Sequence record: NZ_LR134454.1
DNA: 64,000 bases
Reading direction: 5' to 3' (one strand)
Source: a plasmid
A program made the position numbers and the translations under genes. The notes beneath the pieces are model-generated. The model made no database searches. It was not told the origin of the DNA and saw only the letters and a list, made by a program, of their open reading frames with translations. Shown piece after piece: positions 1-9,171 of the stretch. Numbering within the stretch: the stretch's first letter is position 1; each line of letters opens with the position of its first letter.

Positions 1-1
1 G

Positions 2-2413
2 TTCTACAAGGCCGGCCACGCGCCGGTGCACGACGTGGACTACTGGATCAAGGGCCTGCGCCACAGCGTGTGGTTCACCCAGGCCGTGGAGAAGGCCGTC
101 GAGGCCGGCTACCGCACCTTCATCGAGTTCTCCCCGAACCCGATCACGCTGATCTCCGTCGCCGCGGTCACGTTCGGCTCCGGCATCCAGGACGCCGCGC
201 TGGTGCAGACGCTCAAGCGCAAGGAGGACGAGCCGGGCACGATCATGACCGCGCTCGCCACCGTCTTCGCACGTGGCCACCACGTCGACGTCGCCGCGCT
301 GTTCGGCCCCGGCCGCTACGCGCCCGTGCCGCGGACGAAGTTCCAGCGCAAGCACATCTGGATCCAGACCAAGCTGCCCGACGGCGGCTCGGGGATGGTC
401 CCCGGCGGCCACGTCGCGCTGCCCGACGGCCGGCACGTCTGGCAGTTGGACGCCGGCGCGCTCACCCTCGGCGACCAGACGAGGATCCCGCTCGTCGACC
501 TGGCGAAGCACGCCGCCGTCCAGGTGCTCGACGGTGCCGCGGTCACCGCGGCCGTCGAGCACGGCGAGGTGCGCGACGGGCTCACCCTCACCACCACCCT
601 GACCCCGCACCCCGGCGGCGCATCGATCCAGGTGCACGAGAACACCGGGACCGGCTTCCGCCTGCTCCTCGACGCCGTCGTCGTGGGCGGCGAGGCCTCC
701 GGCACCGCCGCGGCCCCGCTCATCACCAAGGCCGCCGCGCCCGCCGTGGAGGAGATGGACGAGCTCGACGAGTCCGAGCCCGAGATCACCGTCTCCGAGG
801 AGACCGAGGCCCCCGCGCCCGAGGGCAGCGGCGACCGCTGGTCCCCGGAGTCGGGCGAGACGGTGGAGCACCGGCTGGGCCTGATCATCGCCGAGATCAT
901 GGGCTTCGAGATCGAGGACCTCCCCAAGGAGATCCCGCTCATCGACCTGGGCATGGACTCGCTCATCGCGATGCGCATCAAGAACCGCGCCGAGTACGAG
1001 TTCGACATCCCGCCGATCCAGATCCAGGCGGTGCGCGACGCCTCCTTCAACGACGTGGTGCAGTTCGTCGAGTACGCGGTCGAGCATCGCGACCAGGTGG
1101 ACGCCCTCGCCGAGCACCAGTCCGGCAGTGGCGAACTCGCCGACGCCGGGCAGCTGGCCGAGATGATGAAGGCAGCCAAGGCGGAGGCCGCCGCGAAGGC
1201 CGAGGCCCCCGCCGCCGCGCCCGCCGAGGCCGCACCGGTCGCGGAGCCCGCAGCGGCACCGTCGGACCAGAACACCGAGGCCGACACCCCCGACCTGCTC
1301 GACGGCGCCGCCGTCGCGGCGGCCGTGGGTGACGGCGTGCCCCCGCGCGACGCCGCGGAGCGCCTCACCTTCGCGACGTACGCGATCGTCGTGGGCAAGT
1401 CCCCGGGCGGCGTTTTCAACGAGCTCGACGTGCTGTCCGAGGACGTGGCGGAGAAGCTGACCGCGCGCCTGTCGGAGCGCGCCGGCGGCGAGATCGACAT
1501 CGAGGACGTCATCGACTCGAAGAACATCGAGGAGATGGCCACCTACGTGGGCGCCGTCATGAACGAGGCGACCCCGGTGGACGGCTTCGTCCGTACGCTC
1601 CGCAAGCCGGAGAACACGGACCGTGCGCCGCTCTTCCTCTTCCACCCCGCGGGCGGCAACACCACCGCCTACGAGGCGCTGCTGCGTAAGCTGCCGGAGG
1701 ACCTTCCGATCTACGGCTTCGAGCGCGTCGAGGGCGAGATCGAGGAGCGCGTCGCCGAGTACCTGCCCAAGCTCAAGGAGATCCAGCCGGAGGGGCCGTA
1801 CCGGCTCGCGGGCTGGAGCCTGGGCGGCGCCTTCGCCTACGGGCTGGCGCGCGCCCTCGAGGACGAGGGCAAGGAGGTGGCGTACGTCGGCCTGCTCGAC
1901 GTCGTGGCGCCGAAGGTCCCGCTCACCGACGAGCCCGCCGAGAAGAAGGCCCGCCTGGAGCGCTGGGAGAAGTTCGCGCGCAAGAACTACGACATCGGCG
2001 ATGAGATCGAGCTGCCCATGGACCGCCTCAACGCGGCCGACGACGAGGGCCAGTTCCGGATCATCATGGAGCTGGTGCAGCTGTCCGACAAGAAGATCCC
2101 GACGTCGATGATCGAGCATCAGCGCACGTCCTTCGTGGACAACCGCATGCTGATCAAGGTGAACCCGGCCGACTACGGGAAGTTCGGCGGCACGGTCACG
2201 CTGTACCGCGCGGACCGCATGCACGACGGCGCCGTCGAGCTGGAGCCGAACTTCGCGGACATCGCGCCGGACGGCGGCTGGGGTCCGGTCGTCGAGGACC
2301 TGCGGATCGTCAAGATCGGCGGCGACCACCTGCAGCTCATCGGCGAGCCGTACATCGGCAAGATCGCGACGCACATGGCGGACGAGCTCAACCGGGCCGA
2401 CGGCGGCCGGTGA
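2..2413 (+). CDS. pks13: Polyketide synthase Pks13 (mycolic acid condensase), C-terminal part. The 5' end is truncated by the window edge. Contains an ACP (DLGMDSL), an Ala/Glu/Pro-rich linker and a thioesterase (GWSLGG).
   Basis: The reading frame is open from base 2 (FYKAGHAPVHDVDYWIKGLRHSVWFTQAVEKAVEAGYRTFIEF, KS/AT post-linker). There is an ACP Ser motif and a TE alpha/beta-hydrolase GxSxG near the C-terminus. The gene is followed by accD4, as in the fadD32-pks13-accD4 cluster. Confidence 0.85.
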   Translation, partial: FYKAGHAPVHDVDYWIKGLRHSVWFTQAVEKAVEAGYRTFIEFSPNPITLISVAAVTFGSGIQDAALVQTLKRKEDEPGTIMTALATVFARGHHVDVAALFGPGRYAPVPRTKFQRKHIWIQTKLPDGGSGMVPGGHVALPDGRHVWQLDAGALTLGDQTRIPLVDLAKHAAVQVLDGAAVTAAVEHGEVRDGLTLTTTLTPHPGGASIQVHENTGTGFRLLLDAVVVGGEASGTAAAPLITKAAAPAVEEMDELDESEPEITVSEETEAPAPEGSGDRWSPESGETVEHRLGLIIAEIMGFEIEDLPKEIPLIDLGMDSLIAMRIKNRAEYEFDIPPIQIQAVRDASFNDVVQFVEYAVEHRDQVDALAEHQSGSGELADAGQLAEMMKAAKAEAAAKAEAPAAAPAEAAPVAEPAAAPSDQNTEADTPDLLDGAAVAAAVGDGVPPRDAAERLTFATYAIVVGKSPGGVFNELDVLSEDVAEKLTARLSERAGGEIDIEDVIDSKNIEEMATYVGAVMNEATPVDGFVRTLRKPENTDRAPLFLFHPAGGNTTAYEALLRKLPEDLPIYGFERVEGEIEERVAEYLPKLKEIQPEGPYRLAGWSLGGAFAYGLARALEDEGKEVAYVGLLDVVAPKVPLTDEPAEKKARLERWEKFARKNYDIGDEIELPMDRLNAADDEGQFRIIMELVQLSDKKIPTSMIEHQRTSFVDNRMLIKVNPADYGKFGGTVTLYRADRMHDGAVELEPNFADIAPDGGWGPVVEDLRIVKIGGDHLQLIGEPYIGKIATHMADELNRADGGR

Positions 2414-2432
2414 GCTCCGGGCAGGGGATAGG

Positions 2433-4007
2433 GTGACAGACGTGACGGACGTATCGGACCAGGTCGACCTCAGCACCACCGCGGGCAAGCTCGAGGATCT
2501 GTACCGCCGCCTCGAGGCGGCCAAGGATCCCGGCAGCGAGCGGGCGCGTGCCCGCCGCGACGCGAAGGGCCTGCCCAGCGCGCGTGCGCGGATGAACATG
2601 CTGTTCGACGCGGGCACCTTCGTCGAGCTGGATCAGCTCGCGAAGTCGCCCGGCGACGACAAGATCAAGGACGGCGTGGTCATCGGCTACGGCCTGGTCA
2701 ACGGCCGGAAGGTCGCGGCCTTCAGCCACGACCAGACCGTCGGCGCCGGCACCGTCGGCGAGATGTTCGGCCGCAAGATGGTCAAGCTGTACGACTTCGC
2801 GGCGGCCGCGGGCCTGCCGGTGGTCGGCATCAACGACTCGGGCGGCGCCCGCATCCAGGACGCGGCCACGTCGATCGCGTGGTACGCCGAGCTCGGCCGC
2901 CACCAGGACGGCCTGTGCGGCCAGGTCCCGCAGATCTCCATGATCCTCGGCACCTGCGTGGGCGGCGCGGTCTACGCGCCCGCCAACACCGACGTCCTCG
3001 TCGGCGTGCAGGACAACACCTACATGTTCGTCACCGGCCCCGAGGTGATCCGCCCGACCACGGGCGAGACCACCTCCGCGGAGGACCTCGGCGGCGCGGT
3101 CAAGCAGGCCCAGTGGGGCAACCTGCACCACGTCGCGGTCGACGAGGCGGCGGCCTTCGACTGGGTCAAGCGCTACCTCGGCTTCATGCCGGACTCGATC
3201 CACCAGCGCGCGCCGCTGGTCAACCCGGGGCTGGAGCCGGAGCTCACCGACTCGGACCTCTCGCTCGAGTCGATCATCCCGGACGCCGACACCGCCGGCT
3301 ACGACATCCACGACGTGATCCTGCGGGTCTTCGACGACGGCGACTTCCTCGAGTACGCCGAGCTGTGGGCGCCGAACATCGTGACCGGCTTCGCCCGCGT
3401 CGACGGCCAGCCCGTCGGCGTCGTCGCGAACCAGCCGATGCACATGGCCGGCACGCTCGACACGCAGGCCTCGGAGAAGGCCGCGCGGTTCGTGCGCCTG
3501 TGCAACTCGTTCAACATCCCGCTCGTCTTCCTCGTGGACGTCCCCGGCATCCTGCCCGGCGTCGAGGAGGAGAAGATCGGCACCATCCGCCGGTCGGGCA
3601 AGTTCATCTTCAGCTACGTCGAGGCGGCCGTCCCGAAGGTCACCATCATCCTGCGCAAGTCCTACGGCGGCGCGTGGGCCGTGATGGGCTCCAAGCAGCT
3701 GGGTGCCGACTTCGTCTTCGCGTGGCCGACGGCGCGCCTGGCCGTGATGGGTGCCGAGGGCGCGGCCGCGATCATCAAGCGGCGCGAGATCGAGGAGGCC
3801 GGCGAGAACGGCCCCGCGATCCGGCAGGCCTTCATCGACTTCTACAACCAGTTCATGGCGACGCCGTGGCTGGCGGCCGAGCGCGGGTACATCGACGGCG
3901 TGATCGAGCCGAAGGAGACCCGCCTGCTGATCCGCAAGTCGATCGCGCAGCTGCGCGACAAGGAGCTGCAGCGCGTGCCGCGCCGCACCTACCTCATGCC
4001 GATGTAA
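2433..4007 (+). CDS. accD4: Acyl-CoA carboxylase carboxyltransferase beta subunit AccD4
   Basis: 524 aa with a GTG start. The sequence is propionyl-CoA carboxylase beta-chain-like (GLVNGRKVAAFSHDQTVGAGTVGEM, two CT subdomains). The position immediately 3' of pks13 is conserved synteny. Confidence 0.85.
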   Translation: MTDVTDVSDQVDLSTTAGKLEDLYRRLEAAKDPGSERARARRDAKGLPSARARMNMLFDAGTFVELDQLAKSPGDDKIKDGVVIGYGLVNGRKVAAFSHDQTVGAGTVGEMFGRKMVKLYDFAAAAGLPVVGINDSGGARIQDAATSIAWYAELGRHQDGLCGQVPQISMILGTCVGGAVYAPANTDVLVGVQDNTYMFVTGPEVIRPTTGETTSAEDLGGAVKQAQWGNLHHVAVDEAAAFDWVKRYLGFMPDSIHQRAPLVNPGLEPELTDSDLSLESIIPDADTAGYDIHDVILRVFDDGDFLEYAELWAPNIVTGFARVDGQPVGVVANQPMHMAGTLDTQASEKAARFVRLCNSFNIPLVFLVDVPGILPGVEEEKIGTIRRSGKFIFSYVEAAVPKVTIILRKSYGGAWAVMGSKQLGADFVFAWPTARLAVMGAEGAAAIIKRREIEEAGENGPAIRQAFIDFYNQFMATPWLAAERGYIDGVIEPKETRLLIRKSIAQLRDKELQRVPRRTYLMPM

Positions 4008-5357
4008 ATGGCGTCGCTGGAAGGCTTTCCGCAGCTCACGGGTTCAGTCCTCACGGACCCGGACGTGACCGCGGCGTACGCCGTCGACCACTGCTCGCCG
4101 GTGCACGGCGCCGTCCCGCTCGCGGTCGTGCTCGCCGAGACCACCGAGGACGTCGCCGCCGCGGCGGCCTGGTGCTACGCCAACGACGTGGTCATCGTGC
4201 CGCGCGGCGCGGGCAGCGGCCTCGCCGGCGGCGCCAGCGCCATCGAGGGCTGCGTGATCATCTCGCTCGCGAAGATGAACGCGATGCTCGAGATTAACGT
4301 GGCGGATCAGTACGCCCGCGCGGAGGCCGGCGTCCTCAACGCCGACCTCGACCGCGCGGTCCGTGAGCACGGGCTGATGTACCCGCCGGACCCGTCGTCG
4401 TTCGAGATCTGCTCCATCGGCGGCAACGTCGCGACCAATGCCGGCGGCCTGCGCTGCGTCATGTACGGCGTCACCCGCGAGTACGTGCTCGGGCTGACGG
4501 TCGTGCTGCCCGACGGCCGGATCATCCGGACCGGTCGGCGCACGGTCAAGGGCGTCACCGGCTACGACCTGACCCAGCTGCTCGTCGGCAGCGAGGGCAC
4601 CCTCGGCATCGTCACCGAGGTCACCGTCAAACTCCGTCCGGCGCCGGTGATCCCGCCGACGACCGTCGCCGCCTCGTTCCCGGACGTCGTGAGCGCCGCG
4701 GCCGCCGTCGCGGCCGTGGTCGGCACGGGCGTCGTACCCGCGCTCATGGAACTCATGGACCGCCGCACGCTCGAGTGCGTGGAGGCGCTGCGCCCCTTCG
4801 GCCTCGAGGACGAGACCCGGGCGATGCTCATCGGCCAGGGCTCGACGCCCGCGGACGCCGAGGTGCTGGCCCGCGAGTTCGAGGCCGCCGGAGCGCATTA
4901 CACCGTGGTCTCCGACGATCCCGTCGAAGCGGCCGAGCTGCTGGCCGTGCGCCGCGCCGCCTTCCACGCCTACGAGCACGCGGGCAACATCTTCTCCGAG
5001 GACGTGGGCGTGCCCCGCTCGCAGCTGCCGGAGATGTTCGCCCGCATCGAGGCGATCTCCGCGAAGTACGACGTCGACATTCCCACGTGCGCGCACGCGG
5101 GCGACGGCAACCTGCACCCCACGCTGATCTATCCGAAGGACGAGCGCGAGGTGCCCCAGGCCATCTGGGACGCCGCCGACGAGGTGTTCCAGGCCGCCCT
5201 CGCCCTCGGCGGCACCCTCACGGGCGAGCACGGCGTCGGCGTCCTCAAGGCCCGCTGGGTGGGCGAGGAACTGTCCGAGGACGTCCTCGAGCTGCACCGC
5301 GGCATCAAGGCCGTCTGGGACCCGAAGAACCTCCTCAACCCGGGCCGCGGCTTCTAG
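4008..5357 (+). CDS. FAD-linked oxidase (GlcD / D-lactate dehydrogenase-like FAD-binding oxidoreductase)
   Basis: The ATG directly abuts the accD4 TAA stop. The N-terminus has an FAD-binding PCMH fold (VVIVPRGAGSGLAGGA), and the C-terminal oxidase domain carries HAGDGNLHP. Confidence 0.8.
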   Translation: MASLEGFPQLTGSVLTDPDVTAAYAVDHCSPVHGAVPLAVVLAETTEDVAAAAAWCYANDVVIVPRGAGSGLAGGASAIEGCVIISLAKMNAMLEINVADQYARAEAGVLNADLDRAVREHGLMYPPDPSSFEICSIGGNVATNAGGLRCVMYGVTREYVLGLTVVLPDGRIIRTGRRTVKGVTGYDLTQLLVGSEGTLGIVTEVTVKLRPAPVIPPTTVAASFPDVVSAAAAVAAVVGTGVVPALMELMDRRTLECVEALRPFGLEDETRAMLIGQGSTPADAEVLAREFEAAGAHYTVVSDDPVEAAELLAVRRAAFHAYEHAGNIFSEDVGVPRSQLPEMFARIEAISAKYDVDIPTCAHAGDGNLHPTLIYPKDEREVPQAIWDAADEVFQAALALGGTLTGEHGVGVLKARWVGEELSEDVLELHRGIKAVWDPKNLLNPGRGF

Positions 5358-5378
5358 GCCTCGCTGCGCTCGATGCCG

Positions 5379-5461
5379 TCCCTAGCGGGGCGGCGCTCCC
5401 CCCATGTCCATGGACAGGGGGAGTGCACGGCGCGCGGAGGCGGTGCGCGTCCCGCTAGGGA
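5379..5461. repeat. Nested palindromic element between convergent genes (probable bidirectional terminator). An 11-bp outer inverted repeat (TCCCTAGCGGG / CCCGCTAGGGA) encloses the CTCCCCC-ATGTCCATGGACA-GGGGGAG hairpin.
   Basis: Read directly from the sequence. It lies in the 131-bp gap between the FAD oxidase 3' end and the LLM oxidoreductase 3' end. Confidence 0.4.
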
Positions 5462-5488
5462 GGGGCCGACGGTGCGCCGTCGCGACGG

Positions 5489-6373
5489 TCAGGCCGAGTG
5501 CCACGGGGCAGCGGACACGTCGGCGACCTCCTGCGCAGCGGCCGCGGCCACCTCGATCGCGTCGGGCGTCCACGGCCGCGAGACGCCGAGCACGAGGTGA
5601 TCGACGCCCCACCCCGCGGCGGTCCGGGCGCGCGCGGCGAGCTCGGCCGCGGTCTCCGCGGGGCCGAGCCGCGTGCTCAGCGTCGTCTCGATGTCCGACG
5701 GTGCCCGGCCGAGGTCCCGGCAGTGCCCGGCGAGCACCGCGAGCTTGCGCCGGACGGTCGCGCCCTCGTCGGGGATGTCGAAGACGTTGCAGGCGTCGGC
5801 GTACTGGGCCACCAGCCGCAGGGTGCGGCGCTCGCCGGCCCCGCCGACCAGGATCGGCGGCCGGGCGGCGGGCAGCGGCGACAGCCGGGGCCGCTCGCAG
5901 CGCACCGTCGTACCGGGGAACGGGGATTCGTCGCCGCACCAGATCCGGTGGGCGAGGCGCAGCGTGTCCTCCGTGGCGTCGAGCCGCGTGCGGGCGTCGG
6001 GGAACGGCAGGCCCATGTCGGCCGCCTCGGCGCCGTGGTGGCCCGCCCCGAGTCCGAGCCACGCGCGGCCGCCGGAGAGGAGGGCGAGCGTGGTGACGGC
6101 CGCGATCAGCACCGACGGCGGGCGGAAGGTCGCGGGGGAGACCATGGCGCCCAGCCGGATCCGCTCGGTCCGCGCGGCGAGGTGACCGAGGGTCGTGTAC
6201 GCCTCGAGATGATCGTGGTCCTCGGGCGGCGCGGTCGGGTCGACCTGCAGCAGGTGGTCCGCCACCCACAGCGTGTCGAAGGCCGCGTCGTCGGCCATCG
6301 CGGCGACGCGGAGCAGGCCGGGCAGCGGGCCTTCGGGGAACGACGGATTCGTCACGGACAGGCTGATTCTCAC
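5489..6373 (-). CDS. LLM-class F420-dependent oxidoreductase (luciferase-like monooxygenase family)
   Basis: 294 aa with a GTG start preceded by GGAGAG. Shows typical LLM motifs (DTLWVADHL, LGLGAGHHGAE). Confidence 0.75.
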   Translation of the reverse strand: MRISLSVTNPSFPEGPLPGLLRVAAMADDAAFDTLWVADHLLQVDPTAPPEDHDHLEAYTTLGHLAARTERIRLGAMVSPATFRPPSVLIAAVTTLALLSGGRAWLGLGAGHHGAEAADMGLPFPDARTRLDATEDTLRLAHRIWCGDESPFPGTTVRCERPRLSPLPAARPPILVGGAGERRTLRLVAQYADACNVFDIPDEGATVRRKLAVLAGHCRDLGRAPSDIETTLSTRLGPAETAAELAARARTAAGWGVDHLVLGVSRPWTPDAIEVAAAAAQEVADVSAAPWHSA

Positions 6374-6385
6374 GGGGCTCTCCTT

Positions 6386-7039
6386 CTACGTCGGTCCGTC
6401 TCCGTCGGGTTCGGCGGGAATGGGTGCGAGGCCGCGGATGAGGACGTCGACCGCCGCGGCCCCCTCGGGCAGCACGATCGTGGCGATCGCGGCACCGGTC
6501 AGCCCGGTCGCCGCGAGGCGGTGGACCTCGAGGGTCATCGCCTGCGTGATGCCGACCGCCGCGGTCGCGAGGGCCCGGGCGCGGATCGCGCCCGGGGAGT
6601 CCTCCGCGAGGAGCTCAGCGAGATCCGTCGCCGTGGCCTCGGCGATGAGGAGCTCGCGGGCCCGCAGCGCGGGGCTGGCGGCGATGATCTCGCGCACGCG
6701 CACCAGCCCCGCCGTCGCGCGGGGATCGTCGTCCGCGAGCAGGCCGCGCGGTTCGAGGAGGTGCGCACGGAAGGCACCGAGCACAGAGGTGCCCGGTGCG
6801 CGGTCGCGCAGCGTCGCGATCAGGCGTTCGCCGTACTCCGCCATGCCGTGCAGGACCAGGTCCTCCTTGGTGGGGAAGTAGTTGAAGACGGTGGCGGGGG
6901 AGACGCCGGCCTCCCGGGCCACCTCGGTGACGGTGACGCCGTCGAAGCCGCGGTCGGCGAACAGCGTGAGGGCCACGTCCTGGATCCGCCGCCGCGTGTC
7001 GATCTTCTTCTGCTCGCGCAGACCGACCTGCTGCGTCAC
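6386..7039 (-). CDS. TetR family transcriptional regulator
   Basis: N-terminal TetR HTH (RIQDVALTLFADRGFDGVTVTEVAREAGVSPATVFNYF). GAGGAGG lies 5 nt upstream of the GTG start. It is located 5' of the LLM gene on the same strand (operon). Confidence 0.85.
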   Translation of the reverse strand: MTQQVGLREQKKIDTRRRIQDVALTLFADRGFDGVTVTEVAREAGVSPATVFNYFPTKEDLVLHGMAEYGERLIATLRDRAPGTSVLGAFRAHLLEPRGLLADDDPRATAGLVRVREIIAASPALRARELLIAEATATDLAELLAEDSPGAIRARALATAAVGITQAMTLEVHRLAATGLTGAAIATIVLPEGAAAVDVLIRGLAPIPAEPDGDGPT

Positions 7040-7054
7040 GCGCGCCTCCTCGAA

Positions 7055-7089
7055 TAGTTACTGTTGCTCTAAAGTTAGAGTTACTCTAA
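7055..7089. promoter_or_regulatory. AT-rich operator-like region in the divergent TetR/TIGR03083 promoter. It has a GTTACT direct repeat and the near-palindrome TTAGAGTTACTCTAA.
   Basis: A 98-bp intergenic stretch that is unusually AT-rich for this genome. The palindrome has one central mismatch. Confidence 0.35.
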
Positions 7090-7137
7090 CATGGCGGATG
7101 ACGCACCACCACCGGCCCGAACGCAGGAGGAGCGACG

Positions 7138-7914
7138 ATGCACACCGAGACCTACCTGGACGCGGTCGTCGAACAGACCGGCATCCTCGCGGACTGGGTG
7201 CACGCGCGGGAGCCGGCGACGCCGGTGCCGACCGCACCGAAATGGACGCTCGCGGACCTGGTCGAGCACGTCGGCGCCACGCAGCGCATGGTCCGGTTGC
7301 TCGTCGCGGGGAGGCTCACGGACCCCGGGGCGGCCTTCGCCGACCAGGAGCCGGCGCCCGCCGACCCGGCCGCCTGGCGGGACTGGCTGAACGCCAACGC
7401 GGTCGCCGCGCGGGACGCGTTCGCCCCGGTCACCGACACCACGCCCGTGTGGGACCCCTCCGGCGCCGCCGCGGGCGTGCCCTTCTGGTCGCGCCGGCTG
7501 TTCGGCGAGGCCTGCGTGCACCGCGCGGATGCCGCGGCCGCGCTGGACCTGGCCTACGCGCTGCGGCCCGAGTACGCCGCGGCCGCGGTCGACGACTGGC
7601 TCGACACCCTCACCTCCGCCGGCTACTGGACGAACCGGCCGGATTTCGCGGCCGCCGTGCGCGGCGCGGGCCAGACCCTGTGCTTCGCCCCCACCGATGC
7701 GGCGGGCGGCTGGCTCGCACGGCGCGGACCGGACGGGGTCGGCCTGGAGCGCGCTGCCGCGCCGGCCGACGTCACCCTGCGCGGCCCGGCCGTCGAGCTG
7801 CTGCTCGTGCTGAGCAGGCGCCGGCCGCTCGCCGCCGCCGAGGGACTCGTCGTGCAGGGCGATCGGGCGCTGCTCGACCACTGGATCGACCACATGGACT
7901 GGGTCGCCGACTGA
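7138..7914 (+). CDS. TIGR03083 / maleylpyruvate-isomerase-N-terminal (DinB_2-like), mycothiol-dependent enzyme family protein
   Basis: 258 aa, with RBS CAGGAGGAG upstream. The N-terminal DinB/MDMPI-like segment (WTLADLVEHVGATQRMV) is typical of this actinobacterial family. Confidence 0.6.
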   Translation: MHTETYLDAVVEQTGILADWVHAREPATPVPTAPKWTLADLVEHVGATQRMVRLLVAGRLTDPGAAFADQEPAPADPAAWRDWLNANAVAARDAFAPVTDTTPVWDPSGAAAGVPFWSRRLFGEACVHRADAAAALDLAYALRPEYAAAAVDDWLDTLTSAGYWTNRPDFAAAVRGAGQTLCFAPTDAAGGWLARRGPDGVGLERAAAPADVTLRGPAVELLLVLSRRRPLAAAEGLVVQGDRALLDHWIDHMDWVAD

Positions 7915-7943
7915 GGCGCGCCCACCGACCCGAGGAGGAACCC

Positions 7944-8312
7944 ATGACAGACCGGGACGCCGTCGTCGCCGCCCAGCAGCGATTCGACGATGCCGAGCTC
8001 CGCGACGACCGAGCCGCCCTGGACGACCTGATCGACGCCGACTTCCTGTCGATCGGGCCGAAGGGATTCGTGCTCGACAAGGCGCAGTGGATCGCGCGCC
8101 ACGATCACTTCCGCTACCACGAGCTCGACGTCGACGAGATGGACGTGCGGCTGTACCCGTCGGCCGCGATCGTGCGGTGCGTGCAGCGCAACCACGCCGA
8201 CTCGTCGGGACACGACGTGCGGATCGCGACCCGCGTCTCGCAGACGTGGGTGCAGCGCGACGGGGCGTGGCGGATCGCCGGGATCCAGTTCAGCCCGCTC
8301 GCCGACGCCTGA
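7944..8312 (+). CDS. DUF4440 / SnoaL-like (NTF2 fold) protein
   Basis: 122 aa. An ATG with a GAGGAGG RBS sits inside a longer spurious ORF; only this C-terminal part looks real. Sequence MTDRDAVVAAQQRFDDAELRDDRAALDDLIDADFLSIGP. Confidence 0.55.
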   Translation: MTDRDAVVAAQQRFDDAELRDDRAALDDLIDADFLSIGPKGFVLDKAQWIARHDHFRYHELDVDEMDVRLYPSAAIVRCVQRNHADSSGHDVRIATRVSQTWVQRDGAWRIAGIQFSPLADA

Positions 8313-8322
8313 CCGGATCGGC

Positions 8323-8859
8323 CTACCGCAGCGCGTCGACGAAGACCGCGGCGACCGCCTCGAGGCCGCGCTGGTCGTCGTCGGTGAACCGCGCCGTCCG
8401 CTCGCTGTCGAGGTCGAAGACGCCGATCAGCTCGCCGTCGCGGACCAGGGGCACGACGAGCTCCGAGTTGGTCGCCCCGTCGCAGGCGATGTGGTCCGGC
8501 ACGGCGTGCACGTCGTCGACCCGCTGCGTGGTCCGCGTGCGCGCGGCCGCGCCGCACACACCGCGGTCCAGGGGGATGCGGATGCACGCCGGGAGTCCCT
8601 GGAAGGGCCCGACGACGAGCTCGGCACCGTCGTAGAAGTAGAAGCCCACCCAGTTGAGGTCGGGCACCGTCGCCTTGACGAGCGCCGAGAGGTTCGCGGC
8701 GTTGGCGATGCGATCGGGCTCGCCGTCGACGAGCGCACGGGCGTAGGCGGCGAGCTCTGCGTAGCGCTCGGCGGGGGAATCGGAGAGGTCGGGAAGCGTG
8801 AACGACACGCCCCGACGGTACGGGGTCCGACGGTGCCCCGACACCCTCCCGCAGGGCAT
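8323..8859 (-). CDS. GAF-domain free methionine-(R)-sulfoxide reductase (fRMsr/MsrC family)
   Basis: Aligns along its length to the YebR/fRMsr pattern (NWVGFYFYDGAELVVGPFQG…CIRIPLDRGVCG…HIACDGATNSELVVPL). The start is uncertain: ATG at 8859, or an internal GTG near 8790. Confidence 0.65.
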   Translation of the reverse strand: MPCGRVSGHRRTPYRRGVSFTLPDLSDSPAERYAELAAYARALVDGEPDRIANAANLSALVKATVPDLNWVGFYFYDGAELVVGPFQGLPACIRIPLDRGVCGAAARTRTTQRVDDVHAVPDHIACDGATNSELVVPLVRDGELIGVFDLDSERTARFTDDDQRGLEAVAAVFVDALR

Positions 8860-9171
8860 GAGTCTGGGCGGAAGCTGAGAGCATCGGGGAAACGAAACCG
8901 GCGTGATCGAGACCGAAAAACACCTCATGTACAGCGCTGACCTGCCTCGGCGCATCGATCTTCACCAGTGGTTGTAACAGGGTGACGCGGCGCTCCGACT
9001 AAGAGTTTGTCAGGAACTGAGATCTCGCATACAGTGCCTGACGAGCACTGAATCGCTCGCGTTGCTGTGCCACGGGGTCCTCCTGTGGTACCGACGGGGC
9101 CGGTACGCCGGCGCCGCGCAGGCGGTTTGCACGCGCCCACCGGGCGGAAACACTGAGGAAGAGAGTCTCGT

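Noticed and set aside
70-1542. Long Arg/Gly/Pro-rich ORFs overlapping pks13 on both strands. The same pattern recurs throughout the window (for example 13153..15357, 21736..23727, 36073..37434, 55706..59611).
   Set aside because: Their composition is typical of out-of-frame translation of 70%-GC DNA. They have no RBS and no recognisable domains, and each overlaps a well-supported gene on the other frame or strand.
6882-7943. First 350 codons of the 476-aa ORF 6882..8312
   Set aside because: This part is antisense to the TetR gene and overlaps the TIGR03083 gene, with Arg/Gly-rich composition. Only the last 122 codons (7944..8312), which have their own strong RBS, are plausible.
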